Of a stretch of DNA of 64,000 bases, positions 49,674 to 63,500 are shown piece by piece. Under the pieces are notes generated by a model. It was given only the letters and a program-made list of their open reading frames with translations. It was not told where the DNA came from and ran no database searches. How positions within the stretch are numbered: the stretch's first letter is position 1; every line of letters starts with the position of its first letter. The position numbers were made by a program, and so were the translations under genes. This stretch comes from Balanoglossus misakiensis (lineage: Eukaryota; Animalia; Hemichordata), in the NCBI GenBank assembly GCA_040954595.2, contig CM082586.2, positions 337,023 through 401,022 of the forward strand. The letters run 5' to 3'.

Positions 49674-51596
49674 TCAAAAATCGACGATTTTTCCACTTTT
49701 CCAAACTTCGAAATTTCGTCGATTTTTCAAGAAATCATGGGTTATAGCTCAGGAAAATCGTCAAAAATCGACGATTTTTCCACTTTTCCAAACTTCGAAA
49801 TTTCGTCGATTTTTCAAGAAATCATGGGTTATAGCTCAGGAAAATCGTCAAAAATCGACGATTTTTCCACTTTTCCAAACTTCGAAATTTCGTCGATTTT
49901 TCAAGAAATCATGGGTTATAGCTCAGGAAAATCGTCAAAAATCGACGATTTTTCCACTTTTCCAAACTTCGAAATTTCGTCGATTTTTCAAGAAATCATG
50001 GGTTATAGCTCAGGAAAATCGTCAAAAATCGACGATTTTTCCACTTTTCCAAACTTCGAAATTTCGTCGATTTTTCAAGAAATCATGGGTTATAGCTCAG
50101 GAAAATCGTCAAAAATCGACGATTTTTCCACTTTTCCAAACTTCGAAATTTCGTCGATTTTTCAAGAAATCATGGGTTATAGCTCAGGAAAATCGTCAAA
50201 AATCGACGATTTTTCCACTTTTCCAAACTTCGAAATTTCGTCGATTTTTCAAGAAATCATGGGTCATAGCTCAGGAAAATCGTCAAAAATCGACGATTTT
50301 TCCACTTTTCCAAACTTCGAAATTTCGTCGATTTTTCAAGAAATCATGGGTTATAGCTCAGGAAAATCGTCAAAAATCGACGATTTTTCCACTTTTCCAA
50401 ACTTCGAAATTTCGTCGATTTTTCAAGAAATCATGGGTTATAGCTCAGGAAAATCGTCAAAAATCGACGATTTTTCGACTTTTCCAAACTTCGAAATTTC
50501 GTCGATTTTTCAAAAAATCATGGGTTATAGCTCAGGAAAATCGTCAAAAATCGACGATTTTTCGACTTTTCCAAACTTCGAAATTTCGTCGATTTTTCAA
50601 GAAATCATGGGTCATAGCTCAGGAAAATCGTCAAAAATCGACGATTTTTCCACTTTTCCAAACTTCGAAATTTCGTCGATTTTTCAAGAAATCATGGGTT
50701 ATAGCTCAGGAAAATCGTCAAAAATCGACGATTTTTCCACTTTTCCAAACTTCGAAATTTCGTCGATTTTTCAAGAAATCATGGGTTATAGCTCAGGAAA
50801 ATCGTCAAAAATCGACGATTTTTCGACTTTTCCAAACTTCGAAATTTCGTCGATTTTTCAAGAAATCATGGGTCATAGCTCAGGAAAATCGTCAAAAATC
50901 GACGATTTTTCGACTTTTCCAACTTCGAAATTTCGTCGATTTTTCAAGAAATCATGGGTTATAGCTCAGGAAAATCGTCAAAAATCGACGATTTTTCCAC
51001 TTTTCCAAACTTCGAAATTTCGTCGATTTTTCAAGAAATCATGTGTTATAGCTCAGGAAAATCGTCAAAAATCGACGATTTTTCCACTTTTCCAAACTTC
51101 GAAATTTCGTCGATTTTTCAAGAAATCATGGGTTATAGCTCAGGAAAATCGTCAAAAATCGACGATTTTTCCACTTTTCCAAACTTCGAAATTTCGTCGA
51201 TTTTTCAAGAAATCATGGGTTATAGCTCAGGAAAATCGTCAAAAATCGACGATTTTTCCACTTTTCCAAACTTCGAAATTTCGTCGATTTTTCAAGAAAT
51301 CATGGGTTATAGCTCAGGAAAATCGTCAAAAATCGACGATTTTTCCACTTTTCCAAACTTCGAAATTTCGTCGATTTTTTCAAGAAATCATGGGTTATAG
51401 CTCAGGAAAATCGTCAAAAATCGACGATTTTTCCACTTTTCCAAACTTCGAAATTTCGTCGATTTTTCAAGAAATCATGGTTATAGCTCAGGAAAATCGT
51501 CAAAAATCGACGATTTTTCCACTTTTCCAAACTTCGAAATTTCGTCGATTTTTCAAGAAATCATGGGTTATAGCTCAGGAAAATAGTCAAAAATCG
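49674..51596 (+). repeat. Satellite type A block 2, ~22 x 87-bp monomers, same orientation as block 1
   Basis: Same monomer as 28313-36050, with a private ggtcatag variant and several 1-nt indels near its right end. Confidence 0.96.
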
Positions 51597-51597
51597 T

Positions 51598-54500
51598 CGA
51601 TTTTTGAGTTATAACCCATGATTTCTTGAAAAATCGACGAATTTTCGAAGTTTGGAAAAAGTGGAAAAATCGTCGATTTTTGACGATTTTCCTGAGCTAT
51701 AACCCATGATTTCTTGAAAAATCGACGAAATTTCGAAGTTTGGAAAAGTGGAAAAATCGTCGATTTTTGACGATTTTCCTGAGCTATAACCCATGATTTC
51801 TTGAAAAATCGACGAAATTTCGAAGTTTGGAAAAGTGGAAAAATCGTCGATTTTTGACGATTTTCCTGAGCTATAACCCATGATTTCTTGAAAAATCGAC
51901 GAAATTTCGAAGTTTGGAAAAGTCGAAAAATCGTCGATTTTTGACGATTTTCCTGAGCTATAACCCATGATTTCTCGAAAAATCGACGAAATTTCGAAGT
52001 TTGGAAAAGTCGAAAAATCGTCGATTTTTCACGATTTTCCTGAGCTATAACCCATGATTTCTCGAAAAATCGACGAAATTTCGAAGTTTGGAAAAGTCGA
52101 AAAATCGTCGATTTTTCACGATTTTCCAGAGCTATAACCCATGATTTCTTGAAAAATCGACGAAATTTCGAAATTTGGAAAAGTCGAAAAATCGTCGATT
52201 TTTCACGATTTTCCTGAGCTATAACCCATGATTTCTTGAAAAATCGACGAAATTTCGAAATTTGGAAAAGTCGAAAAATCGTCGATTTTTCACGATTTTC
52301 CTGAGCTATAACCCATGATTTCTTGAAAAATCGACGAAATTTCGAAGTTTGGAAAAGTCGAAAAATCGTCGATTTTTCACGATTTTCCTGAGCTATAACC
52401 CATGATTTCTTGAAAAATCGACGAATTTCGAAGTTTGGAAAAGTCGAAAAATCGTCGATTTTTCACGATTTTCCTGAGCTATAACCCATGATTTCTTGAA
52501 AAATCGACGAAATTTCGAAGTTTGGAAAAGTGGAAAAATCGTCGATTTTTCACGATTTTCCTGAGCTATAACCCATGATTTCTTGAAAAATCGACGAAAT
52601 TTCGAAGTTTGGAAAAGTGGAAAAATCGTCGATTTTTCACGATTTTCCTGAGCTATAACCCATGATTTCTTGAAAAATCGACGAAATTTCGAAGTTTGGA
52701 AAAGTGGAAAAATCGTCGATTTTTGACGATTTTCCTGAGCTATAACCCATGATTTCTTGAAAAATCGACGAAATTTCGAAGTTTGGAAAAGTCGAAAAAT
52801 CGTCGATTTTTGACGATTTTCCTGAGCTATAACCCATGATTTCTTGAAAAATCGACGAAATTTCGAAGTTTGGAAAAGTGGAAAAATCGTCGATTTTTGA
52901 CGATTTTCCTGAGCTATAACCCATGATTTCTTGAAAAATCGACGAAATTTCGAAGTTTGGAAAAGTGGAAAAATCGTCGATTTTTGACGATTTTCCTGAG
53001 CTATAACCCATGATTTCTTGAAAAATCGACGAAATTTCGAAGTTTGGAAAAGTGGAAAAATCGTCGATTTTTGACGATTTTCCTGAGCTATAACCCATGA
53101 TTTCTTGAAAAATCGACGAAATTTCGAAGTTTGGAAAAGTGGAAAAATCGTCGATTTTTGACGATTTTCCTGAGCTATAACCCATGATTTCTTGAAAAAT
53201 CGACGAAATTTCGAAGTTTGGAAAAGTGGAAAAATCGTCGATTTTTGACGATTTTCCTGAGCTATAACCCATGATTTCTTGAAAAATCGACGAAATTTCG
53301 AAGTTTGGAAAAGTCGAAAAATCGTCGATTTTTGACGATTTTCCTGAGCTATAACCCATGATTTCTTGAAAAATCGACGAAATTTCGAAGTTTGGAAAAG
53401 TCGAAAAATCGTCGATTTTTGACGATTTTCCTGAGCTATAACCCATGATTTCTTGAAAAATCGACGAAATTTCGAAGTTTGGAAAAGTCGAAAAATCGTC
53501 GATTTTTGACGATTTTCCTGAGCTATAACCCATGATTTCTTGAAAAATCGACGAAATTTCGAAGTTTGGAAAAGTCGAAAAATCGTCGATTTTTGACGAT
53601 TTTCCTGAGCTATAACCCATGATTTCTTGAAAAATCGACGAAATTTCGAAGTTTGGAAAAGTGGAAAAATCGTCGATTTTTGACGATTTTCCTGAGCTAT
53701 AACCCATGATTTCTTGAAAAATCGACGAAATTTCGAAGTTTGGAAAAGTGGAAAAATCGTCGATTTTTGACGATTTTCCTGAGCTATAACCCATGATTTC
53801 TTGAAAAATCGACGAAATTTCGAAGTTTGGAAAAGTGGAAAAATCGTCGATTTTTGACGATTTTCCTGAGCTATAACCCATGATTTCTTGAAAAATCGAC
53901 GAAATTTCGAAGTTTGGAAAAGTGGAAAAATCGTCGATTTTTGACGATTTTCCTGAGCTATAACCCATGATTTCTTGAAAAATCGACGAAATTTCGAAGT
54001 TTGGAAAAGTGGAAAAATCGTCGATTTTTGACGATTTTCCTGAGCTATAACCCATGATTTCTTGAAAAATCGACGAAATTTCGAAGTTTGGAAAAGTCGA
54101 AAAATCGTCGATTTTTGACGATTTTCCTGAGCTATAACCCATGATTTCTTGAAAAATCGACGAAATTTCGAAGTTTGGAAAAGTCGAAAAATCGTCGATT
54201 TTTGACGATTTTCCTGAGCTATAACCCATGATTTCTTGAAAAATCGACGAAATTTCGAAGTTTGGAAAAGTCGAAAAATCGTCGATTTTTGACGATTTTC
54301 CTGAGCTATAACCCATGATTTCTTGAAAAATCGACGAAATTTCGAAGTTTGGAAAAGTCGAAAAATCGTCGATTTTTGACGATTTTCCTGAGCTATAACC
54401 CATGATTTCTTGAAAAATCGACGAAATTTCGAAGTTTGGAAAAGTGGAAAAATCGTCGATTTTTGACGATTTTCCTGAGCTATAACCCATGATTTCTTGA

Positions 54501-57500
54501 AAAATCGACGAAATTTCGAAGTTTGGAAAAGTGGAAAAATCGTCGATTTTTGACGATTTTCCTGAGCTATAACCCATGATTTCTTGAAAAATCGACGAAA
54601 TTTCGAAGTTTGGAAAAGTGGAAAAATCGTCGATTTTTGACGATTTTCCTGAGCTATAACCCATGATTTCTTGAAAAATCGACGAAATTTCGAAGTTTGG
54701 AAAAGTGGAAAAATCGTCGATTTTTGACGATTTTCCTGAGCTATAACCCATGATTTCTTGAAAAATCGACGAAATTTCGAAGTTTGGAAAAGTCGAAAAA
54801 TCGTCGATTTTTGACGATTTTCCTGAGCTATAACCCATGATTTCTTGAAAAATCGACGAAATTTCGAAGTTTGGAAAAGTCGAAAAATCGTCGATTTTTG
54901 ACGATTTTCCTGAGCTATAACCCATGATTTCTTGAAAAATCGACGAAATTTCGAAGTTTGGAAAAGTCGAAAAATCGTCGATTTTTGACGATTTTCCTGA
55001 GCTATAACCCATGATTTCTTGAAAAATCGACGAAATTTCGAAGTTTGGAAAAGTCGAAAAATCGTCGATTTTTGACGATTTTCCTGAGCTATAACCCATG
55101 ATTTCTTGAAAAATCGACGAAATTTCGAAGTTTGGAAAAGTGGAAAAATCGTCGATTTTTGACGATTTTCCTGAGCTATAACCCATGATTTCTTGAAAAA
55201 TCGACGAAATTTCGAAGTTTGGAAAAGTGGAAAAATCGTCGATTTTTTGACGATTTTCCTGAGCTATAACCCATGATTTCTTGAAAAATCGACGAAATTT
55301 CGAAGTTTGGAAAAGTGGAAAAATCGTCGATTTTTGACGATTTTCCTGAGCTATAACCCATGATTTCTTGAAAAATCGACGAAATTTCGAAGTTTGGAAA
55401 AGTCGAAAAATCGTCGATTTTTGACGATTTTCCTGAGCTATAACCCATGATTTCTTGAAAAATCGACGAAATTTCGAAGTTTGGAAAAGTCGAAAAATCG
55501 TCGATTTTTGACGATTTTCCTGAGCTATAACCCATGATTTCTTGAAAAATCGACGAAATTTCGAAGTTTGGAAAAGTCGAAAAATCGTCGATTTTTGACG
55601 ATTTTCCTGAGCTATAACCCATGATTTCTTGAAAAATCGACGAAATTTCGAAGTTTGGAAAAGTCGAAAAATCGTCGATTTTTGACGATTTTCCTGAGCT
55701 ATAACCCATGATTTCTTGAAAAATCGACGAAATTTCGAAGTTTGGAAAAGTGGAAAAATCGTCGATTTTTGACGATTTTCCTGAGCTATAACCCATGATT
55801 TCTTGAAAAATCGACGAAATTTCGAAGTTTGGAAAAGTCGAAAAATCGTCGATTTTTGACGATTTTCCTGAGCTATAACCCATGATTTCTTGAAAAATCG
55901 ACGAAATTTCGAAGTTTGGAAAAGTCGAAAAATCGTCGATTTTTGACGATTTTCCTGAGCTATAACCCATGATTTCTTGAAAAATCGACGAAATTTCGAA
56001 GTTTGGAAAAGTCGAAAAATCGTCGATTTTTGACGATTTTCCTGAGCTATAACCCATGATTTCTTGAAAAATCGACGAAATTTCGAAGTTTGGAAAAGTC
56101 GAAAAATCGTCGATTTTTGACGATTTTCCTGAGCTATAACCCATGATTTCTTGAAAAATCGACGAAATTTCGAAGTTTGGAAAAGTGGAAAAATCGTCGA
56201 TTTTTGACGATTTTCCTGAGCTATAACCCATGATTTCTTGAAAAATCGACGAAATTTCGAAGTTTGGAAAAGTGGAAAAATCGTCGATTTTGACGATTTT
56301 CCTGAGCTATAACCCATGATTTCTTGAAAAATCGACGAAATTTCGAAGTTTGGAAAAGTGGAAAAATCGTCGATTTTTGACGATATTCCTGAGCTATAAC
56401 CCATGATTTCTTGAAAAATCGACGAAATTTCGAAGTTTGGAAAAGTGGAAAAATCGTCGATTTTTGACGATTTTCCTGAGCTATAACCCATGATTTCTTG
56501 AAAAATCGACGAAATTTCGAAGTTTGGAAAAGTGGAAAAATCGTCGATTTTTGACGATTTTCCTGAGCTATAACCCATGATTTCTTGAAAAATCGACGAA
56601 ATTTCGAAGTTTGGAAAAGTCGAAAAAATCGTCGATTTTTGACGATTTTCCTGAGCTATAACCCATGATTTCTTGAAAAATCGACGAAATTTCGAAGTTT
56701 GGAAAAGTCGAAAAATCGTCGATTTTTGACGATTTTCCTGAGCTATAACCCATGATTTCTTGAAAAATCGACGAAATTTCGAAGTTTGGAAAAGTCGAAA
56801 AATCGTCGATTTTTGACGATTTTCCTGAGCTATAACCCATGATTTCTTGAAAAATCGACGAAATTTCGAAGTTTGGAAAAGTCGAAAAATCGTCGATTTT
56901 TGACGATTTTCCTGAGCTATAACCCATGATTTCTCGAAAAATCGACGAAATTTCGAAGTTTGGAAAAGTCGAAAAATCGTCGATTTTTGACGATTTTCCT
57001 GAGCTATAACCCATGATTTCTTGAAAAATCGACGAAATTTCGAAGTTTGGAAAAGTCGAAAAATCGTCGATTTTTGACGATTTTCCTGAGCTATAACCCA
57101 TGATTTCTTGAAAAATCGACGAAATTTCGAAGTTTGGAAAAGTGGAAAAATCGTCGATTTTTGACGATTTTCCTGAGCTATAACCCATGATTTCTTGAAA
57201 AATCGACGAAATTTCGAAGTTTGGAAAAGTCGAAAAATCGTCGATTTTTGACGATTTTCCTGAGCTATAACCCATGATTTCTTGAAAAATCGACGAAATT
57301 TCGAAGTTTGGAAAAGTCGAAAAATCGTCGATTTTTGACGATTTTCCTGAGCTATAACCCATGATTTCTTGAAAAATCGACGAAATTTCGAAGTTTGGAA
57401 AAGTCGAAAAATCGTCGATTTTTGACGATTTTCCTGAGCTATAACCCATGATTTCTTGAAAAATCGACGAAATTTCGAAGTTTGGAAAAGCCGAAAAATC

Positions 57501-60500
57501 GTCGATTTTTGACGATTTTCCTGAGCTATAACCCATGATTTCTTGAAAAATCGACGAAATTTCGAAGTTTGGAAAAGCCGAAAAATCGTCGATTTTTGAC
57601 GATTTTCCTGAGCTATAACCCATGATTTCTTGAAAAATCGACGAAATTTCGAAGTTTGGAAAAGTCGAAAAATCGTCGATTTTTGACGATTTTCCTGAGC
57701 TATAACCCATGATTTCTTGAAAAATCGACGAAATTTCGAAGTTTGGAAAAGTCGAAAAATCGTCGATTTTTGACGATTTTCCTGAGCTATAACCCATGAT
57801 TTCTTGAAAAATCGACGAAATTTCGAAGTTTGGAAAAGTGGAAAAATCGTCGATTTTTGACGATTTTCCTGAGCTATAACCCATGATTTCTTGAAAAATC
57901 GACGAAATTTCGAAGTTTGGAAAAGTCGAAAAATCGTCGATTTTTGACGATTTTCCTGAGCTATAACCCATGATTTCTTGAAAAATCGACGAAATTTCGA
58001 AGTTTGGAAAAGTCGAAAAATCGTCGATTTTTGACGATTTTCCTGAGCTATAACCCATGATTTCTTGAAAAATCGACGAAATTTCGAAGTTTGGAAAAGT
58101 CGAAAAATCGTCGATTTTTGACGATTTTCCTGAGCTATAACCCATGATTTCTTGAAAAATCGACGAAATTTCGAAGTTTGGAAAAGTGGAAAAATCGTCG
58201 ATTTTTGACGATTTTCCTGAGCTATAACCCATGATTTCTTGAAAAATCGACGAAATTTCGAAGTTTGGAAAAGTGGAAAAATCGTCGATTTTTGACGATT
58301 TTCCTGAGCTATAACCCATGATTTCTTGAAAAATCGACGAAATTTCGAAGTTTGGAAAAGTGGAAAAATCGTCGATTTTTGACGATTTTCCTGAGCTATA
58401 ACCCATGATTTCTTGAAAAATCGACGAAATTTCGAAGTTTGGAAAAGTGGAAAAATCGTCGATTTTTGACGATTTTCCTGAGCTATAACCCATGATTTCT
58501 TGAAAAATCGACGAAATTTCGAAGTTTGGAAAAGTCGAAAAATCGTCGATTTTTGACGATTTTCCTGAGCTATAACCCATGATTTCTTGAAAAATCGACG
58601 AAATTTCGAAGTTTGGAAAAGTCGAAAAATCGTCGATTTTTGACGATTTTCCTGAGCTATAACCCATGATTTCTTGAAAAATCGACGAAATTTCGAAGTT
58701 TGGAAAAGTCGAAAAATCGTCGATTTTTGACGATTTTCCTGAGCTATAACCCATGATTTCTTGAAAAATCGACGAAATTTCGAAGTTTGGAAAAGTCGAA
58801 AAATCGTCGATTTTTGACGATTTTCCTGAGCTATAACCCATGATTTCTTGAAAAATCGACGAAATTTCGAAGTTTGGAAAAGTCGAAAAATCGTCGATTT
58901 TTGACGATTTTCCTGAGCTATAACCCATGATTTCTTGAAAAATCGACGAAATTTCGAAGTTTGGAAAAGTCGAAAAATCGTCGATTTTTGACGATTTTCC
59001 TGAGCTATAACCCATGATTTCTTGAAAAATCGACGAAATTTCGAAGTTTGGAAAAGCCGAAAAATCGTCGATTTTTGACGATTTTCCTGAGCTATAACCC
59101 ATGATTTCTTGAAAAATCGACGAAATTTCGAAGTTTGGAAAAGCCGAAAAATCGTCGATTTTTGACGATTTTCCTGAGCTATAACCCATGATTTCTTGAA
59201 AAATCGACGAAATTTCGAAGTTTGGAAAAGCCGAAAAATCGTCGATTTTTGACGATTTTCCTGAGCTATAACCCATGATTTCTTGAAAAATCGACGAAAT
59301 TTCGAAGTTTGGAAAAGTCGAAAAATCGTCGATTTTTGACGATTTTCCTGAGCTATAACCCATGATTTCTTGAAAAATCGACGAAATTTCGAAGTTTGGA
59401 AAAGTCGAAAAATCGTCGAATTTTGACGATTTTCCTGAGCTATAACCCATGATTTCTTGAAAAATCGACGAAATTTCGAAGTTTGGAAAAGTCGAAAAAT
59501 CGTCGATTTTTGACGATTTTCCTGAGCTATAACCCATGATTTCTTGAAAAATCGACGAAATTTCGAAGTTTGGAAAAGTGGAAAAATCGTCGATTTTTGA
59601 CGATTTTCCTGAGCTATAACCCATGATTTCTTGAAAAATCGACGAAATTTCGAAGTTTGGAAAAGTCGAAAAATCGTCGATTTTTGACGATTTTCCTGAG
59701 CTATAACCCATGATTTCTTGAAAAATCGACGATATTTCGAAGTTTGGAAAAGTCGAAAAATCGTCGATTTTTGACGATTTTCCTGAGCTATAACCCATGA
59801 TTTCTTGAAAAATCGACGAAATTTCGAAGTTTGGAAAAGTGGAAAAATCGTCGATTTTTGACGATTTTCCTGAGCTATAACCCATGATTTCTTGAAAAAT
59901 CGACGAAATTTCGAAGTTTGGAAAAGCCGAAAAATCGTCGATTTTTGACGATTTTCCTGAGCTATAACCCATGATTTCTTGAAAAATCGACGAAATTTCG
60001 AAGTTTGGAAAAGCCGAAAAATCGTCGATTTTTGACGATTTTCCTGAGCTATAACCCATGATTTCTTGAAAAATCGACGAAATTTCGAAGTTTGGAAAAG
60101 CCGAAAAATCGTCGATTTTTGACGATTTTCCTGAGCTATAACCCATGATTTCTTGAAAAATCGACGAAATTTCGAAGTTTGGAAAAGTGGAAAAATCGTC
60201 GATTTTTGACGATTTTCCTGAGCTATAACCCATGATTTCTTGAAAAATCGACGAAATTTCGAAGTTTGGAAAAGTGGAAAAATCGTCGATTTTTGACGAT
60301 TTTCCTGAGCTATAACCCATGATTTCTTGAAAAATCGACGAAATTTCGAAGTTTGGAAAAGTCGAAAAATCGTCGATTTTTGACGATTTTCCTGAGCTAT
60401 AACCCATGATTTCTTGAAAAATCGACGAAATTTCGAAGTTTGGAAAAGTCGAAAAATCGTCGATTTTTGACGATTTTCCTGAGCTATAACCCATGATTTC

Positions 60501-63500
60501 TTGAAAAATCGACGAAATTTCGAAGTTTGGAAAAGTCGAAAAATCGTCGATTTTTGACGATTTTCCTGAGCTATAACCCATGATTTCATGAAAAATCGAC
60601 GAAATTTCGAAGTTTGGAAAAGTGGAAAAATCGTCGATTTTTGACGATTTTCCTGAGCTATAACCCATGATTTCTTGAAAAATCGACGAAATTTCGAAGT
60701 TTGGAAAAGTGGAAAAATCGTCGATTTTTGACGATTTTCCTGAGCTATAACCCATGATTTCTTGAAAAATCGACGAAATTTCGAAGTTTGGAAAAGTGGA
60801 AAAATCGTCGATTTTTGACGATTTTCCTGAGCTATAACCCATGATTTCTTGAAAAATCGACGAAATTTCGAAGTTTGGAAAAGTGGAAAAATCGTCGATT
60901 TTTGACGATTTTCCTGAGCTATAACCCATGATTTCTTGAAAAATCGACGAAATTTCGAAGTTTGGAAAAGTCGAAAAATCGTCGATTTTTGACGATTTTC
61001 CTGAGCTATAACCCATGATTTCTTGAAAAATCGACGAAATTTCGAAGTTTGGAAAAGTCGAAAAATCGTCGATTTTTGACGATTTTCCTGAGCTATAACC
61101 CATGATTTCTTGAAAAATCGACGAAATTTCGAAGTTTGGAAAAGTCGAAAAATCGTCGATTTTTGACGATTTTCCTGAGCTATAACCCATGATTTCTTGA
61201 AAAATCGACGAAATTTCGAAGTTTGGAAAAGTCGAAAAATCGTCGATTTTTGACGATTTTCCTGAGCTATAACCCATGATTTCTTGAAAAATCGACGAAA
61301 TTTCGAAGTTTGGAAAAGTCGAAAAATCGTCGATTTTTGACGATTTTCCTGAGCTATAACCCATGATTTCTTGAAAAATCGACGAAATTTCGAAGTTTGG
61401 AAAAGTCGAAAAATCGTCGATTTTTGACGATTTTCCTGAGCTATAACCCATGATTTCTTGAAAAATCGACGAAATTTCGAAGTTTGGAAAAGTCGAAAAA
61501 TCGTCGATTTTTGACGATTTTCCTGAGCTATAACCCATGATTTCTTGAAAAATCGACGAAATTTCGAAGTTTGGAAAAGTCGAAAAATCGTCGATTTTTG
61601 ACGATTTTCCTGAGCTATAACCCATGATTTCTTGAAAAATCGACGAAATTTCGAAGTTTGGAAAAGTGGAAAAATCGTCGATTTTTGACGATTTTCCTGA
61701 GCTATAACCCATGATTTCTTGAAAAATCGACGAAATTTCGAAGTTTGGAAAAGTGGAAAAATCGTCGATTTTTGACGATTTTCCTGAGCTATAACCCATG
61801 ATTTCTTGAAAAATCGACGAAATTTCGAAGTTTGGAAAAGTGGAAAAATCGTCGATTTTTGACGATTTTCCTGAGCTATAACCCATGATTTCTTGAAAAA
61901 TCGACGAAATTTCGAAGTTTGGAAAAGTGGAAAAATCGTCGATTTTTGACGATTTTCCTGAGCTATAACCCATGATTTCTTGAAAAATCGACGAAATTTC
62001 GAAGTTTGGAAAAGTGGAAAAATCGTCGATTTTTGACGATTTTCCTGAGCTATAACCCATGATTTCTTGAAAAATCGACGAAATTTCGAAGTTTGGAAAA
62101 GTCGAAAAATCGTCGATTTTTGACGATTTTCCTGAGCTATAACCCATGATTTCTTGAAAAATCGACGAAATTTCGAAGTTTGGAAAAGTCGAAAAATCGT
62201 CGATTTTTGACGATTTTCCTGAGCTATAACCCAAGATTTCTTGAAAAATCGACGAAATTTCGAAGTTTGGAAAAGTCGAAAAATCGTCGATTTTTGACGA
62301 TTTTCCTGAGCTATAACCCATGATTTCTTGAAAAATCGACGAAATTTCGAAGTTTGGAAAAGTCGAAAAATCGTCGATTTTTGACGATTTTCCTGAGCTA
62401 TAACCCATGATTTCTTGAAAAATCGACGAAATTTCGAAGTTTGGAAAAGTCGAAAAATCGTCGATTTTTGACGATTTTCCTGAGCTATAACCCATGATTT
62501 CTCGAAAAATCGACGAAATTTCGAAGTTTGGAAAAGTCGAAAAATCGTCGATTTTTGACGATTTTCCTGAGCTATAACCCATGATTTCTTGAAAAATCGA
62601 CGAAATTTCGAAGTTTGGAAAAGTCGAAAAATCGTCGATTTTTGACGATTTTCCTGAGCTATAACCCATGATTTCTTGAAAAATCGACGAAATTTCGAAG
62701 TTTGGAAAAGTCGAAAAATCGTCGATTTTTGACGATTTTCCTGAGCTATAACCCATGATTTCTTGAGAAAAGTCGAAAAATCGTCGATTTTTGACGATTT
62801 TCCTGAGCTATAACCCATGATTTCTTGAAAAATCGACGAAATTTCAAGGAAAAGTCGAAAACGTCGATTTTTGACATTTTCCTGAGCTATAACCCATGAT
62901 TTCTTGAAAATCGACGAAATTTCGAAGTTTGGAAAAGCGAAAAATTTCTATAACCCATGATTTCTTGAAAAATCGACGAAATTTCGAAGTTTGGAAAAGC
63001 CGAAAAATCGTCGATTTTTGACGATTTTCCTGAGCTATAACCCATGATTTCTTGAAAAATCGACGAAATTTCGAAGTTTGGAAAAGCCGAAAAATCGTCG
63101 ATTTTTGACGATTTTCCTGAGCTATAACCCATGATTTCTTGAAAAATCGACGAAATTTCGAAGTTTGGAAAAGCCGAAAAATCGTCGATTTTTGACGATT
63201 TTCCTGAGCTATAACCCATGATTTCTTGAAAAATCGACGAAATTTCGAAGTTTGGAAAAGTCGAAAAATCGTCGATTTTTGACGATTTTCCTGAGCTATA
63301 ACCCATGATTTCTTGAAAAATCGACGAAATTTCGAAGTTTGGAAAAGTGGAAAAATCGTCGATTTTTGACGATTTTCCTGAGCTATAACCCATGATTTCT
63401 TGAAAAATCGACGAAATTTCGAAGTTTGGAAAAGTGGAAAAATCGTCGATTTTTGACGATTTTCCTGAGCTATAACCCATGATTTCTTGAAAAATCGACG

